A model generated the notes under the pieces. The model worked only from the letters and a program-made list of their open reading frames with translations. It searched no databases and was not told where the DNA came from. The position numbers were made by a program, and so were the translations under genes. Source: the human T2T-CHM13v2.0 reference genome, Homo sapiens. Taken from it: a DNA stretch of 64,000 nt. Where the stretch lies: assembly GCF_009914755.1 (NCBI RefSeq), contig NC_060930.1; one strand, given 5' to 3'. The stretch's first letter is position 1; every line of letters begins with the position of its first letter. Below, piece after piece: positions 14,394-28,959 of this stretch.

Positions 14394-14965
14394 TGTATTA
14401 GTTTTCTATTCCAGCCTTAACAAATGCCACACATTTAGTGGATTAAAACAATGCCCATTTATTATCTCACAGTCTGTAGGTTAGAAATCGGACATGGGTC
14501 TTGCCAGGCTAAAATCAAGGTGTCAGCAAGGCTTATATTCCTTACCGGAGGCTCTGGGGAAGAATTTACTTCCAAGGTTATTTAAGTTGTTGGAGATCCT
14601 GTTTTTATGCTGGCTGTCAGTTGAAGCCTGGTCTTTCCTCCTAGAGGCTGCCCACATTCCTTCTCATGCTTTCCATGATTTCCTAGAGGCCTCTGAAGTC
14701 CTTGCCTGTGGGTCCCATCTCAGAGCCTTCCCATGCTTCAGATCTCTCTAACTTATGCTGCTGTGTCACACTGCCTCCAACCTGAGAAAGTTTTCTGCTT
14801 TTAAAGGCCCGTGCGATTAGATCAGACTACAGGGATATCCAGGATAATCTTTTCATCTAAGATCCTTAACCTTAATTACATCTGCAGAGCCCCTTTTACC
14901 ATGTAACCTAACACATTCAGAGGACCCAGGAATTAGAGCATATGTGGAGGGTCACTGATTCGGCC
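14394..14965 (-). mobile_element. MaLR LTR, MLT1D/E-like
   Basis: tgtattagttttctatt...tttattatctcacagt...ccttaattacatctgcagagccccttttaccatgtaacctaaca. Confidence 0.75.
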
Positions 14966-16045
14966 TCTTATAGTGAAGGTTTTCTTTTGAGGTGGTAGTA
15001 TGGAGTGAAAACAGCTTTTTGTATCACTTTTCATCAATTTTACACGTAAGTCACCATTCTTAATTTATGTAGAATACTAACGTTTCCTGGAGTTTTGTAG
15101 TTAATTTACTTTACTAGTTTAATATATCTTAAAGTTGAAAAAAGGTATAAGAAATGAGTTCTTAACAGAAATATAAAAAGTTACTGATTTTCTTTTTAAT
15201 GCTATTGAAGGAAGATAGAAAAATCTTTCTTGTCTTATCAACCAGCTACCTAGAACAAGGCAAATAAACACTGCAGTAAATAGTAGACTTTGTAATGAGG
15301 TTACATATAGTGGCTGAGATGTACTGAGGTACTTTATGTGAGAGCTGTTCAGTAATACATGCTCACACACCTTTTAGCATTCTAAGAGTTTGTTTTATTT
15401 ATTGTTTATTGGACACATATTAAAGGAACTCTTACTGGTTGCCTCACGTGATGTTAGGTTCTAGGGATACATTTATTTCTGCCTTTGTAGGACTGAATAG
15501 TTATCAGTAAAAAGAGAAGTTTAACTAAAGTAATTATAATAAATCATGATGACTCTTGGCATAGTGGAGGTATGTGATTATATGAGAGCACGTAGCATCC
15601 TGGAAATAATGAAACTTTGCTTGTCACAGTGGTCTTGTAGCTTATCTCCAACCAGACATTGTAGATTTCCCTTAGTCCTCTGACTCCAAAGTTTCTCAGG
15701 AATTTCTGGATTGTGGATACAGGATACTGGGAGCCTTGTATGTATGCAGTAAGTCAAGAACCAAGATACTGCTGGAAAGTGAAATTTATGATTTCTTATG
15801 CTTTTTTAATAGTTTTAATATCTGCAGTTGTTAAATTTCCTATTCTTCACTCATTGGGTTTCTTTAAAACATTGATCGCTCTCTGGTTAAGTTACAAAGG
15901 AAAATTAGTGATTTTACACTGTGTTAGTCATGAAACACTAACAGTACAAAATAATAATGATGTTATGGGAAATAATATTCTTAAAAGGCCTGAGAAAGCA
16001 TTGTGGCAGTATTGGTGATATATTAGCAACAAAAAGCAACTTGTT

Positions 16046-16262
16046 GAATGCTATGTAATAGAACTTTCTGTGATGATGGAAGTGTTCTATACCTGTACTG
16101 TTTAATCTGGTAGCCAATAGCCACTTACAGCTATTGAGCATTTGAAACATGGCTAGTGCTACTAAAGAACTGAATTTTAAATTTTATTTAATTTTAATTA
16201 ATTAAAATTTTAATTTCAGCAACCAATTTTAGTTAATGGTATCTGTATTTGATAGTGTAGTT
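16046..16262. mobile_element. MER3 (hAT-Charlie MITE)
   Basis: aatagaactttctgtgatgatggaa...tagccacttacagctattgagcatttgaaacatggctagtg. Confidence 0.8.
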
Positions 16263-17544
16263 CCATATTGTATTGGAAATTTATTTAAATAATTACATAT
16301 TTTTTAAAAATCATAGTAGTGGGGCTTAGAGTTTCAAATCTGAGGTAGCCCTGGAAAAGCTATATGTATGGAGCTGTTATAAGCAATTGTGGCCACTGAG
16401 GGTCATGAGGCTCCTAAGTCAGGGCAGCTCTCACATCTACTGGTGGGGATTTTGCCTCTGTACCTGAATGAGCTGTCCACCTGTGCAGGACTGTGGTAAG
16501 GATTCCATGGAAGAGGAATACTTGAAGCTGCCCAGCTAGCAAGCTGTGATTCCTGTCCTGGATCTTTCCAAGTAAACTGATGCCACAAGGGGTCTATGGC
16601 ATAGTCATGTGAGTCTAAATGTTTAGTTAACCTAAGAGCACCCCCTGGCATTCCAGAACCAATTAACCTTTATTTACTCAGAGTAAACACAAAACAAAAT
16701 TAATAAATTGAGCTGAGGAAAGGCAGACTACCAAGACTCACCAAAAGTTTAATGCACTCTCAATTGTTTCTAATTACTATTTGGAAAGTAGTGCTAGAAA
16801 GGATAATACAAGATTAATTTTAAATGCCCACTTTTAGTAGCGGTATCTTGGTTCTTGACTTACTGCATACATACAATCTACCAGGAACAGTCATCAAATG
16901 TGTACAGTGGTGGAAACAAACAAAAATGTGTATAGCGGTGCATCTTCTCAGGTCTTATTGAGGTGTGTCCTTAATCATCCAATGTAAAGTCACCCTCACA
17001 AGTGCTTTATAATATTTTCTCACTATGTTTTGTTTTCTTCTCAGCAACATCACTAGTTGGAATGATCGTTTTAATTTGTTTGCTTGTTCAGTATTTTTTT
17101 GCCTAGGGTATGAGCTCCATTAGATGAAGGAATTTGGCCATCTTGTTTACCACTGTCTCCCCATTACTTATAAGAATGGCATAATAGGACCTCAGTAAAC
17201 ACTTGAATGAATGAACAAATGAATGAATGGATGAGTGAATTATAGAAACTGTCAGGTTAAAAAATTTTACCTTTAATTCCGTTTTCCAAGCTGCTAAATA
17301 TTGAGACTGAATGAGATGGTAATTTGGACAAAAAGCTGATGGATTTTCTGTTATTTCCAAAGGATAACTATGATAAAGAAATGCTTTTTATCTTTGTAGA
17401 AATGTACTGCTGTTTTTATCTTTTGTTTTGGGACATAAGACTCTTCTTTATGCAATTAGGAACTAATCATGGAGGACAGAGAGTACTTTCTATTCCTCTG
17501 TGTGATCTCAGAAGTGCTCCCTCTTTTTCTTACCAATGACTTAT

Positions 17545-18610
17545 TATTGGGGAACCTGCCCTGATATTCACGTAGGTTCTTTTCTATTTTCCTTAAGCGT
17601 CGGCCAGCTTGAGAAATAAAGGGACAGAGTACAAAAGAGAGAAATTTTAAAGCTGGGTGTCCGGGGGAGACATCACATGTCGGTAGGTTCCGTGATGCCC
17701 CACAAGCCGCAAAAACCAGCAAGTTTTTATTAGGGATTTTCAAAAGGGGAGGGAGTGTGCGAATAGGTGTGGGTCACAGACATTAAGTACTTTACAAGGT
17801 AATAGAATATCACAAGGCAAGTGGAGGCTGGGCGAGATCACAGGACCACAGGACCGAGGTGAAATTAAAATTGCTAATGAAGTTTTGGGCACCATTGTTA
17901 TTGATAGCATCTTATCAGGAGACAGGGTTTTTGAGATCAACCGGTCTGACCAAAATTTATTAGGCGGGAATTTCCTCTTCCTAATAAGCCTGGGAGCGCT
18001 ATGGGAGACTTGGGTCTATTTCACCCCTGCAGTCTCCACCATAAGAGATGGCTACGCCCAGGGGGGCCGTTCATAGGCCTACCCCCAGGCGCGCATTCTC
18101 TTTCTCAGGGATGTTTCTTGCTGAGAAAAGGAATTCAGCGATATTTCTCCCATTTGTTTTTGAAAGAAGAGAAATATGGCTCTGTTCTGCCCGGCTCACC
18201 GGCGGTCAGAGTTTAAGGTTCTCTCTCTTATTCACTGAGCAATTGCTGTTATCTTGTTCTTTTTTCAAGGTGCCCAGATTTCATATTGCTCAAACACACG
18301 TGCTGTACAATTTGTGCAGTTAATGCAATTATTACAGGGTCCTGAGGCGACGTCCTCCTCAGCTGACAGGATTAAGAGATTAAAGTAAAGACAGGCATAG
18401 GAAATCACAAGGTTATTGATTGGGGAAGTGATAAGTGTCCATGAAATCTTAATAATTTATGCTTAGAGATTGCAGTAAAGACAGGCGTAAGAAATTATAA
18501 AAGTATTAATTTGGGCAACTAATAAATGTCCATGAAATCTTCACAATCCACGTTCTTCTGCCATGGCTTCAGCTGGTCCCTCTGTTTGGGGTTCCTTACT
18601 TCCCGCAACA
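17545..18610 (-). mobile_element. MER11 (probably MER11C) solo LTR of HERV-K11/HML-8 with 6-bp TSD ACTTAT
   Basis: Minus strand starts TGTTGCGGGAAGT; 1066 bp; ACTTAT at 17539-17544 and 18611-18616; internal ~90-bp-period repeat at ~18386-18545. Confidence 0.88.
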
Positions 18611-21007
18611 ACTTATTCAAATGTTGACCACTTGTATTCAAAAACAAAACCAGCAACAAAACTGTTACATACCTTGCTCTTTTGATCTATGAAATGAAAC
18701 CCTTAAACATTATGAGGCATTGTCAATGGCTATGTGAGACTGAAGTGGCGTATAAGGAAAGGATGTAATGTGACTGTTGGACTGTGACTTTTAATAATAA
18801 TCCTCATTAACTGTTCCAGCACCCCCTACCAAAGCTCCCAAAACATTGTGGCAGTTAGTGGGGAACAAATGTGAGGGGATTATCCTAGAATGCCATAAAT
18901 GTGTAATAGCTCATCTCAGTAGCATTCCACTTTGTGTAAATTATTTGTGGGGGAATGGGAAGACGTTGTCCATCATTTTAACGTATTAATTTTGCTGGAT
19001 GTTGGAACTTTATTCCCTCGACCTCTCACTTTTTCATGACTAGCCTATTATGAATCCTTTCTTTATTGTAGTCATTTGACTATCCTGGACCCAACCCAAA
19101 ACCAAAACCATCTGTATTTGGGTTCATTATATTACTAGAATATATACTAAGAATATAGAGAGTAAAGGAACATAAAATTTTTACTCATGAAAATAGATAT
19201 GTTTGTTGGGGGTCTTAAAGTTATATGGTGAAAATACCAGTGTAAAGCTGTAGTTTGAATATATGTTACAGGGGTGTATGTGTGTATTTTACTTTTAAAA
19301 TCAATTTTATTGAGGTACAATTTATACACAAAAAATCCACCCATTTAAAGGGTATAGTTCAATGTCTTTTGACAAATGTACAGATATTTTTATAGAAAAA
19401 TGAGATGCAACTTTCACTTATCTTGGAGTTCATTGGATTTTGGTTATAACTTGGAATAAATAGGAAAATATGGGCCACATGGGGAAGATGAGGGAAACAT
19501 AAAATAAAATAGCAGTTGTACCATTTATAGTTCCTACCTGATATGGAAACCCGTATGGTTTCCATGGATATTTTAGCCTCTTGGAATCATACAATTTCTC
19601 CCAGTTATAAAGAAAAATAGATCATTATACTGCATGTTGTCTGATGGTAGTTTTCTGCGGAGACTTTTTTTTAAATAAAGTTGAATAAAATTTATGCTTG
19701 TGGAAAAATAATCTACATTCAACCAATTTAAAACAGAATTTTATTGATTGTGTTCTCATTTGGAATAACTGCAGGGAAAATCACCTGGGCTAATACAAGT
19801 TGGATATCATTTACTAGGGATTTAGCTGGAGAAAAAAAACCCAAACTCATTTCAATTTCCGTGGTGACAGCTGTTGACTGAATTTTCCTGTGATATCCTT
19901 CACTGCAGGAAATGATATATTGTAGCTTTGGTTCCTTTGATTTCCTACCCACCCAACAAATCCAAAGTGCAGGGACTGTGCTTTCTAAATGTCTGAGTGG
20001 CTTAGTTTATGTGGATAGGGTTTGTTTTTTTTTTTTTAACACCCTAAGTGGGTAAAATTGTGATTGCAAAAAATAGATATATGGGTAATGTACAGAAACA
20101 TTTATTTCCTCTTTCTGAAATTGTTTTTCCATTTGTGCTATTATTACACCTGGCTTTATGTGAAAAGGCTGTATTGGAACTTGGTATACTTTTATGGAAT
20201 GATGTAGGAGATTACAGTTCATTTTGAAAGATGTATTAGCTTACTTTTTAATGGTCCAAATAAATATGTTTCTTTGATGCAGAGATCAGTTTTGATTATT
20301 TGTGATGCTTTCTTCACTGCTTTTTTATTTTATGCTAGTTTAAAAAATATGATAAACTATAACCTGCCAGATAGAAAGGAGTAAATGGTGTTAACCTCTT
20401 TAGGCTTAAGAATACTGGGAAATGCTTGACAAAGAATGGAAATATGTTTTATATGTTATTGTCTTATGAACGTCAGAAACTCTGTCTGCTGGTGGGGAGG
20501 GAGGGCAGAGAAATACCCCCTGAGGATGAGGGAGGAATTCTTTCCACTCTGGCTTAGGATTTTGCTGTAAGCCACATTTGCATCCTGTCTATTATGGCTT
20601 CTTACAAATGAGAGAAGAATGGACAGTTGCAATTAGGTATTGAGGTTGAGGTTGGCCAAGCAGCCCCAAAGCCTCGCAGATAAACATGTCACAGCTTTCT
20701 TTGTCCCCAGAGAAACAATTCAGGTTACCGCCAAGCTAATCAGAATTCAAGATTGCTTCCCTAATAGTATAAATGGCAAACTATGACTTAAATATAAAAA
20801 CTTGATTCCCAAGTAAAATGTTGTAAAAACAAGCACAAGCACTTCCTTTAGTTGGCCTAATTGCAGCCTGTATTTTGTTTATGACTGGCAGAGATTGATC
20901 TTAGTGCAGCAAATAGAAGTCAGGGCAAGTCATCTGGCTATTCTATAGGTATACCTAGTCCTCCAGAGAACTATTTGATTGTTTTATGTCATTGTGTCCT
21001 CACTATA

Positions 21008-21460
21008 CAATAATGCTATCCAGTAGAATCATAATGAGAGCAACAAATGTAAGCCACATGTATAATTATATATAATTTTTAATTACTCAGTGAAATTAAT
21101 TTTGATAACATACCTTATTTAACTCTTATTCAAAATATCTTTTATTTATTTATTTTTTTAAGAGATGGGGTCTCACTCTTTTGCCCAGGCTCAGCTACTT
21201 GAACTCCTAGGCTCAAGTAATCTTTCTTCCTTAGCTTCCTGAGTAGCTGTGACTACAGATATGTGCCACCACACCCAGCTCAAAATATTTTAATATGTAA
21301 TCACTATGAAAAATTGTGAATGAAATATTTTACATTTTATGTACTAAGTCTTTGAAATCCAGTGTGTACTTTGTACTTGTTGAACATCTCAATTTAGTTT
21401 AAGCTACATTTCAAGTGCTCAATGGTCACATTTGGCTAATGGATACTATATAACAGTAAA
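21008..21460. mobile_element. MER33-like DNA transposon interrupted by an Alu monomer (FLAM/AluJ, ~21140-21280, minus)
   Basis: tactaagtctttgaaatccagtgtgtactttgtactt...gctacatttcaagtgctcaatggtcacatttggctaatgg. Confidence 0.7.
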
Positions 21461-23047
21461 GCTTTATAAAAATGGATTTCATTTAAATCTCTACTGTTTA
21501 AGTTGAATATTTGTACTTCGGACACTTCCTAAAAATGTAAATATAGACTATAATGATAGACTCACAAAATCTTCCAGATATCAGGTTATTCAAGGACATC
21601 TAAATTCTCCTATTAATACTTTGAGGTTAAACATTTTATGTGATAGTATGAAGAAGGTTGGAAGGAAATTATTTTTTCTAGTATTCATAGGAAGAAATTG
21701 GCGAACATTAAGAACAGAGAAAAAAAATCCAAAATGTTTAAGAACAATAAATTTAGGCCGACATGATGATGATGTTTATTACAATTTAAGTGAAAAATAC
21801 TGTGATAAACACTACAGACATTTCATTTGTCCTCACAACAACTTTTTGAGAGCAGCACTTTTGTGATCTGTTTTATAATCCCTGTTTTACCAGTGATTAA
21901 GATGAAAGCAATTAAGAAATCTTTGCAAAATCACACAGATAGTGACTGTATGCAAACTTTTGCATGACTCTTGAATTCTGAAACTTACCCTCTTAATCAC
22001 GCTTCTCTATTTATTGCCTGGTTCTTTTATGCCTCCATGATTGCCTTGGGCAAACTGGACTTGGAGAAATTATACAAATGAAGAGAAGTTGCAGCCAATT
22101 CCTAAAGTGTTGCAACTATTCCACTACTTCCTGTTTACTCTGTCAAATTTTCATCAGTAGTCTGAAAAGGAGAAAATGACTGGAGTTGTAATCACCCATG
22201 AAAAGCTGACTTTTGCCCTCCCATTTTGTCAGTAATGCCCTGTGGCATTTATATCACAGTAGTGGAGCTGGTGAATACCACTCTTGGAGCTGAGGTGTGA
22301 TAATCCATCTTCTGCTAACAATCAGTGCCACAGCATGAAAAGATTATTATTATTTTTCTTAACCAGCTAATCTTGCCATGAGACCCATAAATCCACTTTC
22401 ATGTAATTTCTGCTTTTTGTTTTCAACTCTGAGTTTCAACACTCAAAAACAATTCCCTGTTGAGTACCTAAGTGCTCATATTGATATTTGTGGTACATTG
22501 AACAGGACTTAAATTTCTGTTGTTTCTACAAAGTCCAGGAGTAGGTCTGCCTTTCACTACAATTCACAGATCAGATGTGTGCAGATGTATCTGTTTCAGA
22601 TTTATCCTTTTATATATCCATGGTATTTTTGCGCTGTACATTAGATGTTTGTGAGACAGTATTTGGGGGAAACTCTAGTTTAGTGTGGATGTGATTAATT
22701 ATGCCTTGCTGTCTTGGTCATTCCCCAACCCCTGCATTCACCAAAATTAGATGGATTTAATTGGATTTAAAATGGGATCATTTAAATTTGGTTGCGTAAA
22801 TATGTGTTTTGTATGTTTTGAAAGTCTTAACCTTTCTCTTTTCAGCCTATAAATTATTGAAATTCTGTTAGCTTTATAATTTTCTGTTTACTGTGATTTT
22901 AAGCTATATTGGAAAACTAGCCATGCTGGCCTCTTATGTTTAATGAGCGAGATAATATGAGAGGGAAAAGTTCCTCAGGTGTGACTGTGTTTTAATTAAG
23001 TTTTACGTAAGTTTATTGAACAAATGCAACCATTAAAAGATGCTTTT

Positions 23048-23371
<324 letters not shown>

Positions 23372-26300
23372 TTATATATTTTGTGTATCATGAATTCTCT
23401 TATAGCAGAATATATAATTTAAGACCATCACCTCAAAACAAAACAAAAACACCAGATTACTTTTGTGTAGGCAGAGTTTGTTATACACAATTGCAAAATT
23501 CTGTTTTCTTAGAAGGCACTATTATATGTACACTTAGGTGTTTAGAAACCTGGAGAAAACCTCAAATTTTCATGAAAACAGAAACTTAGCACTATATTAT
23601 TACAAAGGAAATAGGACTTAAAGGGGTTTTTAAAATTATATTTTAATGGTCTTTGATTAAAGACCTATCTCAGGACCTGCCTAATTTCCTACCGAATTTC
23701 TCCCCCACCCCCTGCCCACCTGCCTTTGCTTGTGTTTTTTCTCTAACCTAACCTTTTCATCTATAAACTACTTTTTAGAAATTTTCTTGGCTTTGCTTCT
23801 CTTTTCTGCCCCTCCATCTGTTATGTGATAAGCCTTCAGATCCCAAGAAAAAGACTTTATTATTCCAAAATGCTACGCCCTTATCACATTCTTACTTTAA
23901 AACCCCTTCAACAGCCTTAATAAACTTTAATCACATACTTTTATGAACCTGGTCAAAATGTCAGAATGTTTTAATATATTCAACATTGTTAAACTACAAA
24001 TGATAAAAATATTCAAACAACCAGGCCTTTGACTTTTTTTGTGATTATCACATCCTACTTCTAAACCTCCAAGCTTAAATTATTTTCCAACTACAATCTC
24101 TAATTCTTCCACTTTACTCCCTAGTTGCTCATTCCTACTGATTGTCATCTTCCTTTCATCCCAGACTTCTATTTCAGTTCCCCAAGATCACCTCCCCTTG
24201 TGGCTCTGCAGGCTTCTCTATTCAATCTAGACCTGTTGTCCGGTATTTCAACAACATTCTAATAACATTCTAGAATCCTGTAGTCTGTGTTTCTAAAGCA
24301 TAACTCTCTCTATTCAGTGCCATTGTATTGCTCAAAAATTTTTAATGCTCCACACATTGCCTACCTTCTCCTCTCACCCTTCATTTAGAAGAGACCTCCT
24401 CTCTGCGGGCTTGAGGAACAATTGTTTTGAGCATTGTTGTGGCACTCATCACATTATCCTCCCTGGACTATGTCTGGATCCTTCACTGCTTGGACCCTTC
24501 CTTGGTCACAAAGGTGCTTAATAAGTGTATGCTGAGAGATAGGGGGGTTGTACAGGGATTCCTGAAGGGGTGTGTGTGGTGTTTTTTTATTTGTTTGTTT
24601 GTTTTAATAATTAGAATCTTTTACATCCAGATAAGGACAACAACTGGGATGTGGAAAAAAAAGTGTCTTATAGAGAGAGAATCTGACAATCTAGTGATAT
24701 TAGAAAAGTAGTTCGTCCTGGGTTTTATGCATTTATATGGTTCTGTTTCAGTAGTGAAGGTGTTTATTTTGCTGTTACAGTGCAGCAATTGTTACATTTT
24801 AGCAAAAATACACTATATCCTTTTACAATCCAGTGTCTTCAGATAGATTTCTAATGTAATTGAATATTCACTGAACCACATCTTTATTGTTTTCACTACT
24901 TTTCTATAACTTGAGAAAACTGATAGTTCACCCTTAATGCCTTTCACCTGATACTTTAGCAAATAAATTATGCATAGGGAGTGTAAGTAAATCACTGCAA
25001 TTCCTTATCCATTACCACACATATTTATGGATGAAAAAAATTGATGCATAGCTTGCCTTGTCTTTTTCCTTTTAAACTTGTGGAAAATTAGTGGCTAAAC
25101 TGAGAATTAAGGAAATCAAATTCAGATTTTTCAAGATTCTCTGATTAATCAAACATTGTCCTTTATATTTGGCAAAATAGTCATTAATGACATAATTTGA
25201 ATTTTGTGACCCATTAAAATGTTCTTCGGTCTTCTATATTGAAAAAATGGTATTTGTGTTACATCTCACTGTATTCTTTTATGAAACATTAGGAGTAGGA
25301 AAGCTTTTATGCTTACTGAATCCCTTATTTAAAAAACTATGTTGGTGACAGTGAATGTCTCTCAAAATAAAGCTGTGAGTATTTTAAATGGACAGAAAAC
25401 TGTTTTCTGCTGGGTTTGCATGTGTTTATAGATGTTGAAGCAATTAGAAATGTTTTTTGCATTTAAAAATGACTTTCTGTGTTTTCCCAATATAATTACT
25501 AAGACATGTTCCCTCATAAAATCGATCATTTTCAAATCATGAAAATAAGAATATATTTTGACAATTCATTAATATAGCAGCTTCATTTATTTGGCAGCAG
25601 TATGATAGAAAGCTGGCGCTGAGCTCTGAATGGAGAAGGGCGCGTCTCTTCCCTGGCTACCTGTTAGGATTCTCCTTTAGAACCATCTTTTGGCACTTCC
25701 AGGTAAAAGCCAGTTTCATGAGCCAATGTGAATTGCTTTTAAGGGTTTTTTTATGTTATGGCAGCATTATTTGTTTTTCTTCTACCTTGATTTTTGAGCT
25801 TCTGTCAATGTTTCATTATTATGAGGAAAAAACCATTCACCTGGAAACATTGTAAAGATGAGTAATCTAGCATCTATGTAATCTAGCATCTGTTTTTTGC
25901 TATGTCACACCTGCATGCACCTGAGTCTGTGTTCATGGAGTTGGGCATGAGTAGTGTGTTGTGTGAAGGAGGTGAAACATTACTGAGGTGGGTGGCTTAA
26001 GGTAGTATATACCAAGTTATGTTTCCTAATTTGAAGATAATCATGCAGGAAAATTTATTATAAGGAAGAGGATGATATGGTGCAGTGAAAAAATGGGGAA
26101 TTAGGAATCAAAAGCTTTGAGTTCCCACTGCACTGCTGACTTGCTTTCTGATCCTAACAAGTTTCTAACTCCTCCAAGCCTCCATTCATCAAATGATATA
26201 CAGAAATGCTCTTTCAGGGGGTTGCAAGGATCTAATTAGAGGCTATTGAAGACTCTTTGTACACTGTAAAATGCTATTCAGATATTATTTATTTTAATAA

Positions 26301-26819
26301 ACAGTGATTGCTTTATGTCAGGCTCTTTAACAAAAATTCTTACAATTCAGACCTCCTATCAACACTGCAAAGCAGGCATTATTATCGCCATTAGTCAATA
26401 AGGCAACTGGCATACAGAAAGTAACTAAGTAACTTGCTCACATGCTACTTTTAAGTGATGATTCCCAATTTAAGTTCCAGCTGCTTTTTTGCTATGTTGT
26501 CGTGCTGTTAATAAAGGATAAATGGTAGAGGTTTGAACTTTAACAACAACTTGGATTATGCTTCTAAAAAAATGGAAGTGGCGCTCTAGACTAGGAGTCA
26601 GGAGGTTCAGACTGTTACTATATTTTTCTATTATTTTGGGGTAAGTTACTTAAATTAATTTCATTAAATATGTTTAAAACACTTGGCTATGTTTCTGCTA
26701 AGGTTTACATGTAAAATGCTTTCTTATTTTAATCATTTTCAGAATTTAAAAAATTTCCTTCGAAGGGATCAAAAGTATTTTATGAATCTGTTTTAATATT
26801 TTTTTTTCTTTTTTTAAAG

Positions 26820-26892
26820 TCATTCCTACACTAGCCAAGATTACAGTACCCAGGGAAATGTTGGGAAGATTTCTTTAGATCAGATTGATTTG
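26820..26892 (+). CDS. PRIM2: PRIM2-like coding exon (73 bp): (S)[24 protein letters not shown]
   Basis: T-rich tract + aag acceptor, TTG|gtaagt donor. Phase continues the previous exon (AG+T = Ser). Matches the p58N-p58C linker region except Ser (AGC, 26833-26835) for Gly259. Confidence 0.93.
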
Positions 26893-27212
26893 GTAAGTAG
26901 AACATTCTTTTAAACTTAGAACTGTATCAATGGAGGGAACATAGATTTTCTTAAATCAAAGACTTTTGGGTGAGGAGATAGAATATTATTTCACTGCTTG
27001 CTGATTAATTTTAAAGAAAATCCCATGTCCTACTTAGATGATTTTTAAAAAATCATAGGAAAATCATTTAATCAGAAAATTATCTGTACTTTTATGAAAA
27101 CAGAATTTAATCAACGATTCCAAACAGGAATTCTTTTAAATAGCTAAATGGAGTTTGTGTTTACATTTAAATACTGTATACATTTAATAAAGGGGAAATG
27201 GAAAACACTAAG

Positions 27213-27570
27213 TGTATTAGTTTGTTAGGGCTGTCATGACAACAGAAATTTATTTTCTCACAGTCTAGAGGCTTGAAATCCAAGATCAAAGGGATAGTAA
27301 GTTTGATTTCTTCCAGGGCCTTTCTTGTCTCACAGATGGCTGCCTTCTCCTTGTGTTCTCCTGTGGTTTTCCCACTGCTTGCATACATCCCTGGTGTCTC
27401 TTCTTTTTGTAAGGACACTGAGTGTGTGAGACCAGGGCCCCACCCCCATGGCCTCCTTTAATCTTAATGAGTTCTTTAAAGGCCCCATCTCTAAATATAG
27501 TCACATTTGGAGCTACTAGAGGTCAGGACTTGATATATGAATTTCAGGGTGAGAGGACAATTCATCGTCT
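27213..27570 (-). mobile_element. MaLR LTR, MLT1A/B-like
   Basis: tgtattagtttgttagggctg...aaatttattttctcacagtctagaggc...ccatctctaaatatagtcacatt. Confidence 0.75.
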
Positions 27571-28959
27571 AGTGTAGGCTACGAGATTAATAGATAGCTT
27601 ATTTTAGCATCATTTGACTTTGTGGTTCCATAGGGTAGCGTACTTTGCCATACTTGTAGAATTTCTCTTTAATACATAACAGCATTTGCACTCCATACAC
27701 AAAGGGAAAATAAGCCAGCCATAAATAATCTTGGGTTAGACGATTACCAAATTATTCACAAGAAATTAAAAATACACAGGGATTTTAATGCTTGGAAACA
27801 AGAACTGTAATAAGACTAGTAGAGAAAGACCGTGAGTTTGGATCAGAATGAATAGGTCATCTTCCATTTGAAAAATTATAAAAAAGTACTTGCAGTTAAT
27901 ATGTCTAGAAATAACAATAGGGTTGCCTACTTTACACAGTTGATTTGTTGATTTGAAATTTGTTCTCAAAGATGTCCCATCTTTTAATTTTTTTATTAAA
28001 CACTTATCTCTAACAGTCCCCTTTCTCACTTCCACTCATGTGATTTGTGCTTATATAATGTGAATGGTTGGAGGTTAATTCTGTTCTTAGTTCTAGCTAG
28101 ATGTTTCCCCATTCACAAGCAAATGTGAATTTGGTTGGATACTGTTGGAGTTCATAGAAATATTAATTCATTTAATGGATATGTATTGAGCCCATCAGTT
28201 ATGTAGCAGCCATTGTGCTGTGGATACAGAAGTGAGGAAAACAGAAAATGTCCCTGCCTTCATGGACCTTACATGAGGGAGAGGGACAACATAATAAATA
28301 ATAAATGAGCAATATAATGTTAAGTGCTATGATGATGATCTTGTCATGGGTCTGTGCCTGAGACCCCGTGGTGAGTAATAGAGATGTATCTTTTTTTGGA
28401 CTGCCTCCTAACTCTGTATCTATATTGTTTGATCTTCACAACAGCATGTCATTTGCATATCCCTTGGTATTTGCAACTCTTCTCCAAATGTTTTCTTTAG
28501 TTTTTTCTTCTAACAAATCTGGCTTTCTCAATGCTGTTTCCCCTGTGGGCCTCTTCAAGTAGAGACAACTTTCCCCCCGAGTTCGTATATAGGTATGCGG
28601 TGAGTGTCTTTCTTGTTCCACATTTCTCTGCCTTCCATTGTTACAGCTCCAGCTCCTTTAAAGCCCTCGTGATCTTATTATATCATCTGATACCTCCTTT
28701 GTTGCTATTCCACCCCCTCCCCCCACACCTGTATTCGTTGATGATTTGAACACCTAGCTAATGGTTTTGTGTACTGGCGCTATTCTTGTTATTGTTCTTG
28801 GCCTCTGCAAGATCCAAGTTGATAATTTATCCCCTATCCTGGACTTATGATTCTTTTGTTTGCTTGTTTTCCATGATAATTTTTCTATCTGTATATAGCC
28901 AGACACTATCTTTTTAATTTTTATTATTTGGACTACTGCCCACACCTCTTAAGTATCCC

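Noticed and set aside
18386-18545. Two ~70-bp direct repeats inside the MER11 LTR
   Set aside because: As I recall, these are part of the normal MER11 internal repeat structure and not locus-specific
20560-20950. Repeat-free, moderately GC-rich stretch (similar ones at ~3830-4210 and ~9200-9420) suggestive of conserved enhancers or hidden exons
   Set aside because: No primase homology or convincing exon structure; conservation and chromatin state cannot be judged from sequence alone
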